Shown: positions 27,053-36,708 of the stretch, in pieces | Numbering within the stretch: the first letter of the stretch is position 1 | Layout: every line of letters starts with the position of its first letter | NCBI GenBank assembly: GCA_037439425.1 | Contig: JBBIWA010000009.1 | Span: forward strand, 30,822 to 94,821 | Length of the DNA: 64,000 nucleotides | Direction: 5' to 3' | Origin: Acidobacteriota bacterium | GTDB lineage: Bacteria; Acidobacteriota; Blastocatellia; RBC074 | The notes under the pieces: generated by a model | Database searches by the model: none | Told to the model about the DNA's origin: nothing | What the model saw: the letters and a program-made list of their open reading frames with translations, nothing else | Program-made: the position numbers and the translations under genes

Positions 27053-29128
27053 ATGAGCTTGATCAGTAGGATGTTGAGATGGGTGAGAACCGGTGGTTGG
27101 CTCTTTTTGCTGAGCCTGGCACCGTGTGCAGAAAGCAGTGGACCGATAGGCGCTTGGCGCACCTTCGCGCTTACGCCTCCTATCCAGGGGCAGTCCTCCC
27201 AGCCGGAAGAGAACGCCCGCTTGAAGGCCTATTTGCGTTTTATTGAAGGTCGCCAGTTGCGCGCAAGCGGGAAGCTCAAAGAAGCGATTGAAGCTTATCA
27301 GGAGGTGATTCGGCTCGATCCCCTAGCAGCCGAGCCTCACGTCGAGCTGGGTGAGATCTATTTCTTCCATTTGTCGCGCCGTGAAGAAGCTGAAGCTGCG
27401 GCCGAACGGGCTGTGCGCCTTGCCCCTCAGAGTCTGAGCGCCCATCTGTTGTTAGCGCGTCTATATCTCTTCGATGTGTACCGGGGAAGAAATCCCGAAG
27501 CGGCCAAAATCGAGCGCGCCATTAGCGCCTATGAAGCGGTCACGCAGCTGGATGCGCATTCAGCCGAAGCCTGGGCCTTCCTCGCAGAGTTATATCAGGC
27601 CAGAAATGAGACAGCGCGACAGATTGAGGCACTGGAGAAATGGCTTTCAGCGCCGCCCTCGACTGAACCTCAGTTCTATCGGGCGTTGACAGGCAACGAT
27701 CTGTCACCTGATCAAGCCTTTTATCAGCTCTCACAAGCCTATTGGCGCCAGGGCAAGGCGCCGAAGGCAATTGAGATGGCACGACGCGCCTGCGAGCTGG
27801 AGCCGGAATCGAACCTCTATGCGCGCCATTTGCTCAGCCTGCTGCGCGCTGCCACCACTATTGAAGAGGAGCTGACCACCCTCGAGCAACTTCTCAAGAC
27901 AGTAACCAGTCCGACGCTGCAGATCGGCTATGGCGCAGCGCTTCTTCGCGCTGGTCGCTATCAGGAAGCGGTCGCAGCCTTGCGCGCTTACTTAAAGCAG
28001 GATCCCACCAATATCAACGCTCTGGGATTGCTGGCAGCGGCCGAGCGCCGTTCCAATCAGCGTCTGGCAGCCGTGGAGACGCTCAAGGAAGCAATTGCCA
28101 GCAGCGAGGCCAATGTTCGCCTCCGCCTCATGTTGGATCTGGCCGAGACCTATGAAGAGTTAGGCTATAGCGACTTGAGCATTGCGCAGTACGAAGAGAT
28201 TTTGGAAGCTCTCCTCAACAAAAAGCGACCACAGCAGAGCGCCGAGCTGGCGGCTAACGTGGTCTCTCGCCTGGTGCGCAGCTACCGGCGCGATGGTTAT
28301 CAACAGAAGATCCAGCCCCTTCTACAGCGGGCGCAACAACTGCTGGGAGACAACAATCCGCTCTTCGAGAGCTTGAAGATCGAATCGTTGCGCGAGCAAG
28401 GCGAGCGCCTGAAGGCGCTGGAAGTGGCGCGGGCAGCAGCTTTGCGCTGGCCGCAAGAACAATCCTTCAAACTCACCGCAGCCATCGTGCTGGGTGAGAT
28501 GCAGCGCTATCAAGAAAGCATCGACTTGCTGCGCAGCCTGCTCAAAGGGATGGCTGAAGGGGCCGCGGCCGATGCCTATGTGTATCTGGTTTTGAGCAGC
28601 ATTCAGATGCAGGGTGGGCAGCTGCAGGAGGCCGAAGCTTCAATTCGGAAAGCCCTGCAGCTCAACCCGAATGATAGTAATTTGCTGATCCAGCTCAGCT
28701 TTGTGCAGGATCGGGCTGGCCAGTATCAAGCCTCAGAACAGACTCTGCGCAGGCTGATCGAGCGCGAACCGGACAATGCGACTGCCCTCAATAACCTGGG
28801 TTACTTCCTCCTTGAGCGGGGTGAGCGATTAGATGAAGCCCGCGCCCTGATTGAAAGAGCGGTCAGTATCGAGCCGACCAATGGAAGTTTTCTTGACAGT
28901 TTAGGCTGGGCGCATTATAAATTAGGCCGGCTTGAAGAGGCGCGTAAGTATCTGGAGAAAGCTATCCGCTATGAGCGCCATAATCCCACGATATACGAGC
29001 ACCTGGGTGATGTGCTGCGTGATCTAGGGCGCCTCCAGGAGGCACGGCAACTGTGGGAGAAAGCTTTAGAATTTTCGGTCGGCACCGACGAGACTGCGCG
29101 TCTCAAAGATAAACTGAAGAAAAACTGA
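27053..29128 (+). CDS. TPR repeat-containing protein (secreted or periplasmic)
   Basis: Many 34-residue TPR units (for example AIEAYQEVIRLDPLAAEPHVELGEIYF, ALNNLGYFLLERGERLDEARALIERAVSIEPTNGSFLDSLGWAHYKLGRLEEA). Confidence 0.8.
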   Translation: MSLISRMLRWVRTGGWLFLLSLAPCAESSGPIGAWRTFALTPPIQGQSSQPEENARLKAYLRFIEGRQLRASGKLKEAIEAYQEVIRLDPLAAEPHVELGEIYFFHLSRREEAEAAAERAVRLAPQSLSAHLLLARLYLFDVYRGRNPEAAKIERAISAYEAVTQLDAHSAEAWAFLAELYQARNETARQIEALEKWLSAPPSTEPQFYRALTGNDLSPDQAFYQLSQAYWRQGKAPKAIEMARRACELEPESNLYARHLLSLLRAATTIEEELTTLEQLLKTVTSPTLQIGYGAALLRAGRYQEAVAALRAYLKQDPTNINALGLLAAAERRSNQRLAAVETLKEAIASSEANVRLRLMLDLAETYEELGYSDLSIAQYEEILEALLNKKRPQQSAELAANVVSRLVRSYRRDGYQQKIQPLLQRAQQLLGDNNPLFESLKIESLREQGERLKALEVARAAALRWPQEQSFKLTAAIVLGEMQRYQESIDLLRSLLKGMAEGAAADAYVYLVLSSIQMQGGQLQEAEASIRKALQLNPNDSNLLIQLSFVQDRAGQYQASEQTLRRLIEREPDNATALNNLGYFLLERGERLDEARALIERAVSIEPTNGSFLDSLGWAHYKLGRLEEARKYLEKAIRYERHNPTIYEHLGDVLRDLGRLQEARQLWEKALEFSVGTDETARLKDKLKKN

Positions 29129-29450
29129 AGTAACTGGCAAAGGAGCGGTCACTTACCGGCAGCCGGAAAGCAGCTGAAAACTAAAAGCTAATTGCTGGAA
29201 GTGGCCATTGGGAAGCAGTTGAGTTTCACCTGAAGCGAGCTTTTAGCGGTCAAGCTCGCTGATGCCGGACCTATCCACAACCCGTCGTCAAAAACATCTT
29301 CCAGCAAGTAAAGCGAGGAGAGTTTGCGCTGTGCTTGAGATGTTTGATTTGCCTGCGAGGAAAGGATAGTTCCGGGTCTTTACCTGACGGCGTCAAGCCG
29401 TAGTTATCCTCTTCAAAAGATTCGATCATCTGCGCAGTGGGAGTTTCAGT

Positions 29451-30020
29451 GTGCCCCGGACTGGCTTGCCACCGATCAAGGGGATTTCTATGTCTCGTTG
29501 CTCCAGTCTGGCCTTTCTGCTCATCTGGTTTAGTTTCCCCGGAATTGGACTGAGCACCCTAGAAGTTAAGGCGCCCAAGCCAGCTCAGTTGAATGCCAGC
29601 GAATTGGAAGATCGCGCCTTTATGGCTATCAACCATCTGCGTCAATCATATGGGCTAGCGCCGCTGCAGCGCGCCAGTGATCTCAATGAAGTGGCGCGCG
29701 CGCATAGCCGCGATATGATGAGACGCCGCTACTTTTCGCATACCAGCCCAGAAGGTGATGATCTGCGCGGTCGCTTCGCTCGCAATGGTATTACTCAGTG
29801 GCGCTATATCGCCGAGAACCTCGCCTATAATCTCGGCTACGCAGACCCAGCTAAGACGGCGGTCGAAGGCTGGATGAAGAGTCCCGCTCACCGCCAGAAT
29901 ATTCTCAACAAACGGCTCACTGAAAGCGGCATTGGCGTGGCAATTGACGAGATGGGGCGAACCTACTTTACTCAAGTCTTCGCCACACGCGACTCGCGCC
30001 TGATGGCTCGTGTCTGGTAA
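29451..30020 (+). CDS. CAP domain (SCP/PR-1-like, YkwD-type) secreted protein
   Basis: AINHLRQSYGLAPLQRASDLNEVARAHSRDMMRRRYFSHTSPEG...GWMKSPAHRQNILNKRLTESGIGVA. Confidence 0.8.
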   Translation: MPRTGLPPIKGISMSRCSSLAFLLIWFSFPGIGLSTLEVKAPKPAQLNASELEDRAFMAINHLRQSYGLAPLQRASDLNEVARAHSRDMMRRRYFSHTSPEGDDLRGRFARNGITQWRYIAENLAYNLGYADPAKTAVEGWMKSPAHRQNILNKRLTESGIGVAIDEMGRTYFTQVFATRDSRLMARVW

Positions 30021-30027
30021 GGTTTGG

Positions 30028-30085
30028 GGTTTTGAATTTGGAATTTTGAGGGTAAAGTAGCAGCTTGAGATTCCGAATTCAAAAC
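30028..30085 (+). promoter_or_regulatory. Large hairpin (17-bp arms ggttttgaatttggaat / attccgaattcaaaacc, 24-nt loop) ending 1 nt before the ispE ATG
   Basis: The inverted repeat is read directly. It lies between the CAP gene stop (30020) and the ispE start (30087) and contains no U-tract. Confidence 0.5.
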
Positions 30086-30086
30086 C

Positions 30087-30995
30087 ATGATGCTTAAACT
30101 GCCTTCATTTGCCAAGATCAATTGGACGCTGGAAATCCTGGGGCGGCGTCCAGATGGCTACCATGAGCTGCGCACGCTTTTGCAAACCGTCAGCCTGTGC
30201 GACGAGTTGCGCTTTACGCTGACTGAGGGGGCGATCGAGCTTGTTTGCGACCGGCCTGAGGTCCCTTGTGATCAGACCAACCTCATTCACCGCGCTGCCA
30301 CGCTGGTTCGGGAGTTAACTGGTAGCCCATACGGTGTCCGCGTCGAGCTCACCAAACGCATTCCGCTGGCTGCCGGACTTGGCGGTGGCAGTAGCAATGC
30401 TGCGGTCACATTGCTAGCACTACCCCGACTCTGGAAGGTACCTCTCTCACTCAGAGAACTCTTCTCTCTGGCCGCTAGACTAGGTGCAGATGTTCCTTGC
30501 TTCCTGCTAGGCGGAAGCTGCCTGGGCATCGGACGGGGAGAGGAGGTCTACCCGCTGGCCGATATTCAGGCCGAGCACCTACTCTTAGTCAATGCTGGGC
30601 TGGCCATCCCGACGCAAGAGGTTTATGCCAGTTTGCCGCCCGAGTTGACAAACCCGCCTCCCATCGCTATGATGCCTTTTACCTTGGAGGCTGCCTACAT
30701 TTGCGCCTCGCATCAGAGCGGGCCACCGCCACGATTACTGAACGATCTGGAACGCCCTTTGCTCGCTCGCTACCCCTTACTCCGGGAGCTCAAACAGCGA
30801 CTCACACGAGCGGGTGCCCGTGCGGCCTTGATGTCTGGTAGTGGCGCAACAATTTTTGGGGTCTTTGACAGTCAGGCGACATGTTCTGCCGCCCGGCAAG
30901 AGATGAGTCAAGCTGGCTGGTGGTGCGCCGAGGTGCGGACGGTAGGTCGAACTGAGTATCAGTCTGTGATGAACCCACAGTGGGTTCTCCGATGA
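30087..30995 (+). CDS. ispE: 4-(cytidine 5'-diphospho)-2-C-methyl-D-erythritol kinase
   Basis: The N-terminus (PSFAKINWTLEILGRRPDGYHELRTLLQTVSLCDEL) and the GHMP-kinase motif PLAAGLGGGSSNAAVTL are typical IspE. Confidence 0.85.
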   Translation: MMLKLPSFAKINWTLEILGRRPDGYHELRTLLQTVSLCDELRFTLTEGAIELVCDRPEVPCDQTNLIHRAATLVRELTGSPYGVRVELTKRIPLAAGLGGGSSNAAVTLLALPRLWKVPLSLRELFSLAARLGADVPCFLLGGSCLGIGRGEEVYPLADIQAEHLLLVNAGLAIPTQEVYASLPPELTNPPPIAMMPFTLEAAYICASHQSGPPPRLLNDLERPLLARYPLLRELKQRLTRAGARAALMSGSGATIFGVFDSQATCSAARQEMSQAGWWCAEVRTVGRTEYQSVMNPQWVLR

Positions 30996-31036
30996 AGATG
31001 AAGAGGAGACGGCAAAGGTAAAGTAAAAAAGAGACA

Positions 31037-31112
<76 letters not shown>

Positions 31113-31170
31113 TTTTTTTGTTCCAGCAGAGCGAAAGCTCTCGTCGGCTTTGTGGTCTCGGGGATTAAAC

Positions 31171-32118
31171 GTGAATCGGTTACAGATATTCTCTGGCAAC
31201 GCTAATCGTCCCTTGGCTGAGGAGATCTGCCAGTATCTGGGAATTGAGCTGGGTAATTGCAATACTACGCGCTTCCCTGATGGGGAATTCAACTTCCAGA
31301 TTCTGGAAAATGTGCGCGGCGGTGATGTCTTCATCGTGCAGCCCACCTGCCCACCTGTGGATGCAAACCTGATGGAGCTGCTCATTATGCTGGATGCGTG
31401 CCGGCGCTCTTCGGCCGATCGGATCACCGCGGTGATTCCCTACTACGGATATGCGCGCAGCGATAAGAAAGACAAACCGCGCATCCCGATCTCGGCCAAA
31501 CTGGTGGCCAATTTGATTATGACTGCCGGCGCAGATCGGGTGCTGACGGTGGACCTGCACGCGCCCCAGATCCAGGGATTTTTTGACATTCCAGTTGACC
31601 ACCTCTTTGCCGCGCCAGTGATGATTGACTACTTCACGCGCCATCCGCTGGAGAGCCTGGTGGTGGTCTCTCCAGATCCGGGTGGAGCCGAGCGCGCCCG
31701 CGCTTATGCGAAACGGCTCAATGCCGAGTTTGCCATTGTGGATAAGCGGCGTGATAAATCCACTCCCGGCCACGCAGAGGCCGAAGTGATGAACATCGTC
31801 GGCCAGGTTAAGGGGCGCAATTGTCTGATTGTGGACGATATGGTAGATACGGCCGGAACGCTGACGAAAGTGGCTGAGGCGCTGGCAGCCGAAGGTGCCG
31901 CGCAGATCTATACCAGTTGTGTGCACGCCATCCTCTCTGGCGATGCTATCGAGCGGATCGAGCGGTCGCCCTTGAAGAAAGTGATCGTGACCAACACCGT
32001 GCCAGCCCCGCGAGCGGCAGCCTCAGAACTCTTCGAGTGCTTGAGTATCGCCCCGCTGCTGGCCGAGGCGATCAAATCTATTCACGACGAGACCTCGGTG
32101 AGTCGCCTATTCATCTGA
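31171..32118 (+). CDS. prs: Ribose-phosphate pyrophosphokinase (PRPP synthetase)
   Basis: LQIFSGNANRPLAEEI...RFPDGEFNFQILENVRGGDVFIVQPTCPPVDANLMELLIMLDACRRSSADRITAVIPYYGYARSDKK aligns with Prs from memory. The listed ORF start overlaps the tRNA, so the start was moved to GTG 31171 (GGGGA upstream). Confidence 0.85.
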   Translation: MNRLQIFSGNANRPLAEEICQYLGIELGNCNTTRFPDGEFNFQILENVRGGDVFIVQPTCPPVDANLMELLIMLDACRRSSADRITAVIPYYGYARSDKKDKPRIPISAKLVANLIMTAGADRVLTVDLHAPQIQGFFDIPVDHLFAAPVMIDYFTRHPLESLVVVSPDPGGAERARAYAKRLNAEFAIVDKRRDKSTPGHAEAEVMNIVGQVKGRNCLIVDDMVDTAGTLTKVAEALAAEGAAQIYTSCVHAILSGDAIERIERSPLKKVIVTNTVPAPRAAASELFECLSIAPLLAEAIKSIHDETSVSRLFI

Positions 32119-32170
32119 GTTGCAGGGCCGAGGACTTTCGACTTTAAGTTGTTTCGAGGGAGTTATTATT

Positions 32171-32830
32171 ATGGGTTTCGACACAAACGTTTCTTTAACA
32201 GCCAGCCCGCGCACCGAGCGCGGCTCGAACGCTGCGCGCCGTTTGCGCCGCAAGGGCCTGATTCCAGTAACTGTCTATGGTCACGGCGAGGCAGAAGCAG
32301 GCGTGGTGGCCAAAGGCGAGCTGGCCGCGATGGTGCGTGCGCACGGGCGCAATACGATCTTTAATCTGAATTTCAATGGTACTGCGTCGCCGGCTAAGAT
32401 CGCGGAGCTGCAGTTCGATCCGGTCAAAGGGGCGTTGCTGCACGCCGATTTCATGCGCATCTCGCTCACGGAGAAGACCGAGTTCAGTGTGCCTATCGAG
32501 ATCGTCGGCGAGGCGGCGGGAGTGCGCCACTTCGGCGGCGTGCTGGATCTGCCTACCCACGAAATTGAGATCCGCTGTCTTCCCGGTGACCTGCCGGAAA
32601 GCATCAAGGTGGATGTCACCGAACTCGGCATCGGAGGTCGGATCCGCGTACAAGACATTCAGCTAGACCGGGAGAAGATCGAGATTCTCACCGACCCTGA
32701 AGTCATCATCGCGACAGTCGTGCCGCCGCGCGTCGAAGAAGCCCCCTCAGTCACAGTAGCGGCTGAAGGTGAAGTGGCCGAACCTGAAGTGATTAAGAAA
32801 GGCAAAGCCGAAACAGAGGAGGAGGAGTGA
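32171..32830 (+). CDS. rplY: 50S ribosomal protein L25 / general stress protein Ctc
   Basis: MGFDTNVSLTASPRTERGSNAARRLRRKGLIPVTVYGHGE.. is the L25 N-domain and a Ctc-type C-terminal domain follows. GAGGGA lies upstream of ATG 32171. Confidence 0.85.
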   Translation: MGFDTNVSLTASPRTERGSNAARRLRRKGLIPVTVYGHGEAEAGVVAKGELAAMVRAHGRNTIFNLNFNGTASPAKIAELQFDPVKGALLHADFMRISLTEKTEFSVPIEIVGEAAGVRHFGGVLDLPTHEIEIRCLPGDLPESIKVDVTELGIGGRIRVQDIQLDREKIEILTDPEVIIATVVPPRVEEAPSVTVAAEGEVAEPEVIKKGKAETEEEE

Positions 32831-32875
32831 TGAGCGATGAGTGAAGGGGGATAAGCTTTTCACTCATCACCTACT

Positions 32876-33436
32876 ATGATCTTGATCGTCGGCCTGGGCA
32901 ATCCTGGCCCTCAGTATCAATGGACACGCCACAATTGCGGCTTTATGGTGGTTGATGAATTAGCGCGGCGAGCCGGCTGTCAGGTGCGCACGCCTCAGTG
33001 CCAGGCTTTGACTGCGCGCGCGCGCGCTGGCGAAAAAGAGGTGTTGCTGGTTAAGCCGCAGACCTTTATGAATCTGAGCGGCGTGGCTGTCAAAGCGCTG
33101 ATGGTCAGCTATGGGATAGTTGAGGCAGCCTCCGTACTGGCTATCAGCGATGATCTCGCTTTGCCGTTTGGCAAGCTGCGCCTCCGGGCAGCGGGCAGCG
33201 CTGGCGGGCATAACGGTTTGAAATCATTGATTGAGCAACTGGGCACCGAGGCCTTCCCTCGCTTGCGGTTGGGCATCGCACCTGACTATCCGGTAGAGGA
33301 TGCAGCAGCCTTTGTCCTAGCTGAGTTCCCTCAGCATGAGCGCGAGGCTGTAACCAAGATGATTGCGCGGGCAGCTGAGGCCGTCGAAGTTTTTTTGACA
33401 GCGGGCATTGCCGAAGCGATGTCCCGATATAATTGA
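32876..33436 (+). CDS. pth: Peptidyl-tRNA hydrolase
   Basis: MILIVGLGNPGPQYQWTRHNCGFMVVDELA ... GHNGLKSLIEQLGT are Pth motifs. Confidence 0.9.
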   Translation: MILIVGLGNPGPQYQWTRHNCGFMVVDELARRAGCQVRTPQCQALTARARAGEKEVLLVKPQTFMNLSGVAVKALMVSYGIVEAASVLAISDDLALPFGKLRLRAAGSAGGHNGLKSLIEQLGTEAFPRLRLGIAPDYPVEDAAAFVLAEFPQHEREAVTKMIARAAEAVEVFLTAGIAEAMSRYN

Positions 33437-33462
33437 TCGGACTTCAGACTTCTTAGCGGTCT

Positions 33463-33492
33463 GTCCCCTGAGGTCTGATTTTCTCCTTGCTC
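33463..33492 (+). repeat. Short fragment related to the type-1b repeat variant (ctgaggtctgattttctcc)
   Basis: Similar to cgcaggtctgattttctgag in the copies at 41432 and 44296. Lies in the pth-rpsF intergenic region. Confidence 0.3.
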
Positions 33493-33540
33493 GGTCGGGT
33501 GTAAGCCGCCGGGCTATTATAGCCATAAGGAGGGTTTAGT

Positions 33541-33969
33541 TTGAGAAGCTACGAAGTGCTATTCATCGCGGCGCCGCAAACTACCGATGACGAGTTACAA
33601 AAGATCACTTCGCAACTCCAATCGATTGTCACCGAACAGGGCGGCACCGTTACCAAGGTTGACCAGTGGGGTCGCCGCAAGCTGGCTTATCCCATCAAGA
33701 AATTCGAGGAGGGGATCTACACGATTCTCAATATCGAAGGCACAGGCAGCGAGATCGCTGAGGTAGATCGTCGCCTGCGTGTCACCGATGCTGTGATCCG
33801 TCATCTCGTCGTGCGCACCGATGAGGAGTTGCGCCGTGCCGAGAAATTGCGCGCCAAACGCAAGCCGTTAGCTCATCCCCGTCCGGCGGATGAAGAGCTG
33901 GAGGATTTTGAGCTGGCAGAGATGGAAGATGAAGAGTTTGAGGATGAGGAAGCGGGCTATGAAGAATAG
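33541..33969 (+). CDS. rpsF: 30S ribosomal protein S6 (with acidic C-terminal tail)
   Basis: RSYEVLFIAAPQ...VTKVDQWGRRKLAYPIKK is the S6 pattern. TTG start, with AAGGAGGG 7 nt upstream. Confidence 0.9.
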   Translation: MRSYEVLFIAAPQTTDDELQKITSQLQSIVTEQGGTVTKVDQWGRRKLAYPIKKFEEGIYTILNIEGTGSEIAEVDRRLRVTDAVIRHLVVRTDEELRRAEKLRAKRKPLAHPRPADEELEDFELAEMEDEEFEDEEAGYEE

Positions 33970-34019
33970 TTCTCCGAGCCAGCCTTCCCCATTCATGCTT
34001 TCAGTGAGAGGGTAAGACT

Positions 34020-34268
34020 ATGGCCAAGACTACAGCTAAAGTTCCAGCAGTAAGCGTGGCGCGCCGCCGCCGCAGCTGCCGTCTGTGCGCGGAGCGGATC
34101 GATTATGTTGATTACAAAGATGTGAAGCTGCTGCAAGCCTTCGTGCCAGAGCGAGGCAAAATTATGCCGCGTCGGATCTCTGGCACCTGCGCCCTGCATC
34201 AGCGCAAACTGATGAAAGCGATCAAACGCGCCCGCAACGTTGCGCTGCTACCTTACACTACGGTCTAG
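34020..34268 (+). CDS. rpsR: 30S ribosomal protein S18
   Basis: [58 protein letters not shown]. Confidence 0.9.
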   Translation: MAKTTAKVPAVSVARRRRSCRLCAERIDYVDYKDVKLLQAFVPERGKIMPRRISGTCALHQRKLMKAIKRARNVALLPYTTV

Positions 34269-34282
34269 CCGATCTACTTATC

Positions 34283-34433
34283 GGAGGAGTCTTTCATGTC
34301 GCGCTGCGACGCGGGAGAAATGATGAAACCCTGGGTACGCACGCTTGCGAGCGTGCTTGGTCTTCGGTAATGGCTTGCTTAACGAAGGTAGGCACGCAAG
34401 GATGCGTGCGTACCCAGGGATTTTCCGCAGGAG
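34283..34433 (+). repeat. Type-1 structured repeat, complete unit B1. It has a 5' module with SD+ATG, about 28-bp palindromic terminal inverted repeats, and a 3' tail cccagggattttccgcaGGAG
   Basis: Sequence: ggaggagtctttcATGtcgcgctgcgacgcgggagaaatgatgaaa CCCTGGGTACGCACGCttgcgaGCGTGC ... GCACGCaaggatGCGTGCGTACCCAGGG attttccgcaggag. The arms are reverse complements of each other, and each arm contains a 6-bp hairpin. Confidence 0.85.
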
Positions 34434-34574
34434 TCATTCAGCTCGCGCTGCGACGCGGGAGAAATGATGAAACCCTGGGTACGCACGCTTGCGAGCGTGC
34501 TTAGTCTGAAGATGAGGGCGCGCTTAATGGAAATAGGCACGGCCGGCGTGCCTACCCAGGATTTTCCGCAGGAG
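34431..34574 (+). repeat. Type-1 structured repeat, unit B2, in direct tandem with B1. Its GGAG tail is the Shine-Dalgarno of rplI
   Basis: Near-identical to B1 (the ATG of the 5' module is mutated to AGC). It ends ...cccaggattttccgcaggagaaacaattATG(rplI). Confidence 0.85.
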
Positions 34575-34582
34575 AAACAATT

Positions 34583-35056
34583 ATGGCGATGATGGAGCTT
34601 TTGCTCTGTGAAGATGTCGAGCATTTGGGGGCGCGTGGAGACCTGGTCAAGGTGCGCGCCGGGTATGGACGCAATTACCTGCTGCCACGCGGGCTGGCTG
34701 TCCAAGCCACCCCATCGAATATCAAACAGATCGAACGGCAACGCCGCGCGCTGCTGAAAAAAGCAGCGGCTGAACGCGCGACCGCAGAGCAGCAGGCGGA
34801 GTTGCTCAAAGAAGTGACGCTGGAATTTGTCCGCAAGGTAGGCGCCCACGGTATCCTTTACGGTTCAGTCACCGCGATGGATATTGCCGAAGAACTCCGG
34901 GCGCGGGGCTACGAAATTGATCGCAAACGCATTCAACTGCCGGAGCCGCTGAAAGAAATCGGCCAGTACCAGGTGCCGATCAAGTTGCACCGTGAAGTCA
35001 TCGCGACTCTCCAGGTAGTGGTCAAGGGCGAAGAGGAGCAGAAGAAGAGCAGATGA
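34583..35056 (+). CDS. rplI: 50S ribosomal protein L9
   Basis: MELLLCEDVEHLGARGDLVKVRAGYGRNYLLPRGLAV is the L9 N-domain. Confidence 0.9.
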   Translation: MAMMELLLCEDVEHLGARGDLVKVRAGYGRNYLLPRGLAVQATPSNIKQIERQRRALLKKAAAERATAEQQAELLKEVTLEFVRKVGAHGILYGSVTAMDIAEELRARGYEIDRKRIQLPEPLKEIGQYQVPIKLHREVIATLQVVVKGEEEQKKSR

Positions 35057-35259
35057 GCAAGCGGTAAAGAGAGCTCCTAGCCCGCTCCCTGGGAGAATTA
35101 TTTCTCCAACCAATCCATCAACATCTACGTCAAGCGCAGGCAGGCTGCTTGTGTGAGAGTTGGCTTCCCGCTTAAGATGAGGGCTGCCGTAATAAGGAAG
35201 GCGACTCAGAGCTCAGATGAAGTCTGAGCTCTGAAGCCCTACTGCCGAAGACAACAGCG

Positions 35260-36627
35260 ATGGCCGGACCAGCCAGCAGCAGAGATCTCACCCTGGAGAA
35301 AGCCCTCCCCAGCAATGTCGAGGCGGAACGTTACATTCTCGGCGCGATCCTGTTGGACAATGCGACGATCAATCAAGCGGCTGAACGGCTCAAACGGGAA
35401 GACTTTTTCCTCGATTCGCACCGTCGCATCTACGACAAGATGCTCTACCTTTACGAGCAGAACCGCGGCATCGATCCGGTCACGCTGCAAGAGGAGTTGC
35501 GCCGCGCGGGCGATCTGGAGGTAGTAGGGGGGCCAGCTTATATCGCAGCCTTGATTGATGGTGTACCGCGCTTCTCCAATATTGACAATTACACGCGGAT
35601 CGTCAAAGGCAAGTCCATGCTGCGCAAGTTGATTATGACCTCTAACCAGATCATGTCGACTTGCTTTGATGATGAAAGCGAACCAGAGGAGATTCTCGAT
35701 CAAGCCGAGCGTGCGATTTTAGCCATTGCCGAAGATCGCATCCGTCAGGGGTTTACTCCGGTCAGCGAGGTGGCTCACCAGCAGCTTGAATACCTCGAAG
35801 AGATCAGCGGACGTACGCAGTTGATTACCGGCCTGGCCACTGGTTTCCGCGATATTGATTTTATGACTTCTGGCTTGCAGCGCGGCGACCTGATCATTAT
35901 CGCGGCCAGACCCTCGCTCGGGAAAACAGCCTTCTCTCTGAACATTGCGCAGAATGCTGCCCTCCGGCCTCAGCCGTTTGGCGAGAAAGCCGTCGTCGCG
36001 ATCTTCTCACTGGAGATGAGCAAGGAATCGCTCGTCCAGCGGCTGCTCTGCTCACAGGCGCGGATTGATTCGCATCGGCTGCGCAGCGGCATGCTGAGTA
36101 AAGATGATTGGCGGCGTCTGGCCACAGCGGTGGGGGAGCTTTCTGAAACCAGAATCTTTCTTGATGATACGCCCGGCATCTCGGTGCTAGAGATGCGCGC
36201 CAAAGCCCGGCGGCTGAAGAACGAGCAGCGCCGCCTCGACTTGCTCATCGTTGATTATCTGCAATTGATGAGCGGGCGCGGGCGCATTGAATCCCGCCAA
36301 CAAGAGGTCTCGCAAATCTCGCGCGATTTGAAGGCCCTGGCCAAGGAACTGGACGTGCCGCTCATTGCGCTGTCCCAGCTCTCACGTGCGCCTGAAACGC
36401 GCACCGGTAATCGCCCCCAGCTCTCAGACCTGAGGGAGTCGGGCTCGATCGAGCAAGACGCCGACGTCGTGATGTTCATCTATCGCGAAGACGCTTATAA
36501 TCCTGAAACGGAAAAACAGAATATCGCCGAGATCATCATCGGCAAACAGCGCAATGGGCCGACGGGTACAGTCGAACTCGTCTTTCTGAAACAGCTCACG
36601 CGCTTTGAGGATAGATATCGAGAGTAA
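35260..36627 (+). CDS. dnaB: Replicative DNA helicase DnaB
   Basis: [28 protein letters not shown]... is the DnaB N-domain. The RecA-like domain carries Walker A SLGKT and LSQLSR. Confidence 0.9.
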   Translation: MAGPASSRDLTLEKALPSNVEAERYILGAILLDNATINQAAERLKREDFFLDSHRRIYDKMLYLYEQNRGIDPVTLQEELRRAGDLEVVGGPAYIAALIDGVPRFSNIDNYTRIVKGKSMLRKLIMTSNQIMSTCFDDESEPEEILDQAERAILAIAEDRIRQGFTPVSEVAHQQLEYLEEISGRTQLITGLATGFRDIDFMTSGLQRGDLIIIAARPSLGKTAFSLNIAQNAALRPQPFGEKAVVAIFSLEMSKESLVQRLLCSQARIDSHRLRSGMLSKDDWRRLATAVGELSETRIFLDDTPGISVLEMRAKARRLKNEQRRLDLLIVDYLQLMSGRGRIESRQQEVSQISRDLKALAKELDVPLIALSQLSRAPETRTGNRPQLSDLRESGSIEQDADVVMFIYREDAYNPETEKQNIAEIIIGKQRNGPTGTVELVFLKQLTRFEDRYRE

Positions 36628-36708
36628 AGCGCGCGGCAAATAAGGGCATGGAGCAGAGGGCGCAGCGCTCTGTTCTCTACACTTTGATCGCCCATTACCA
36701 AACACCTC

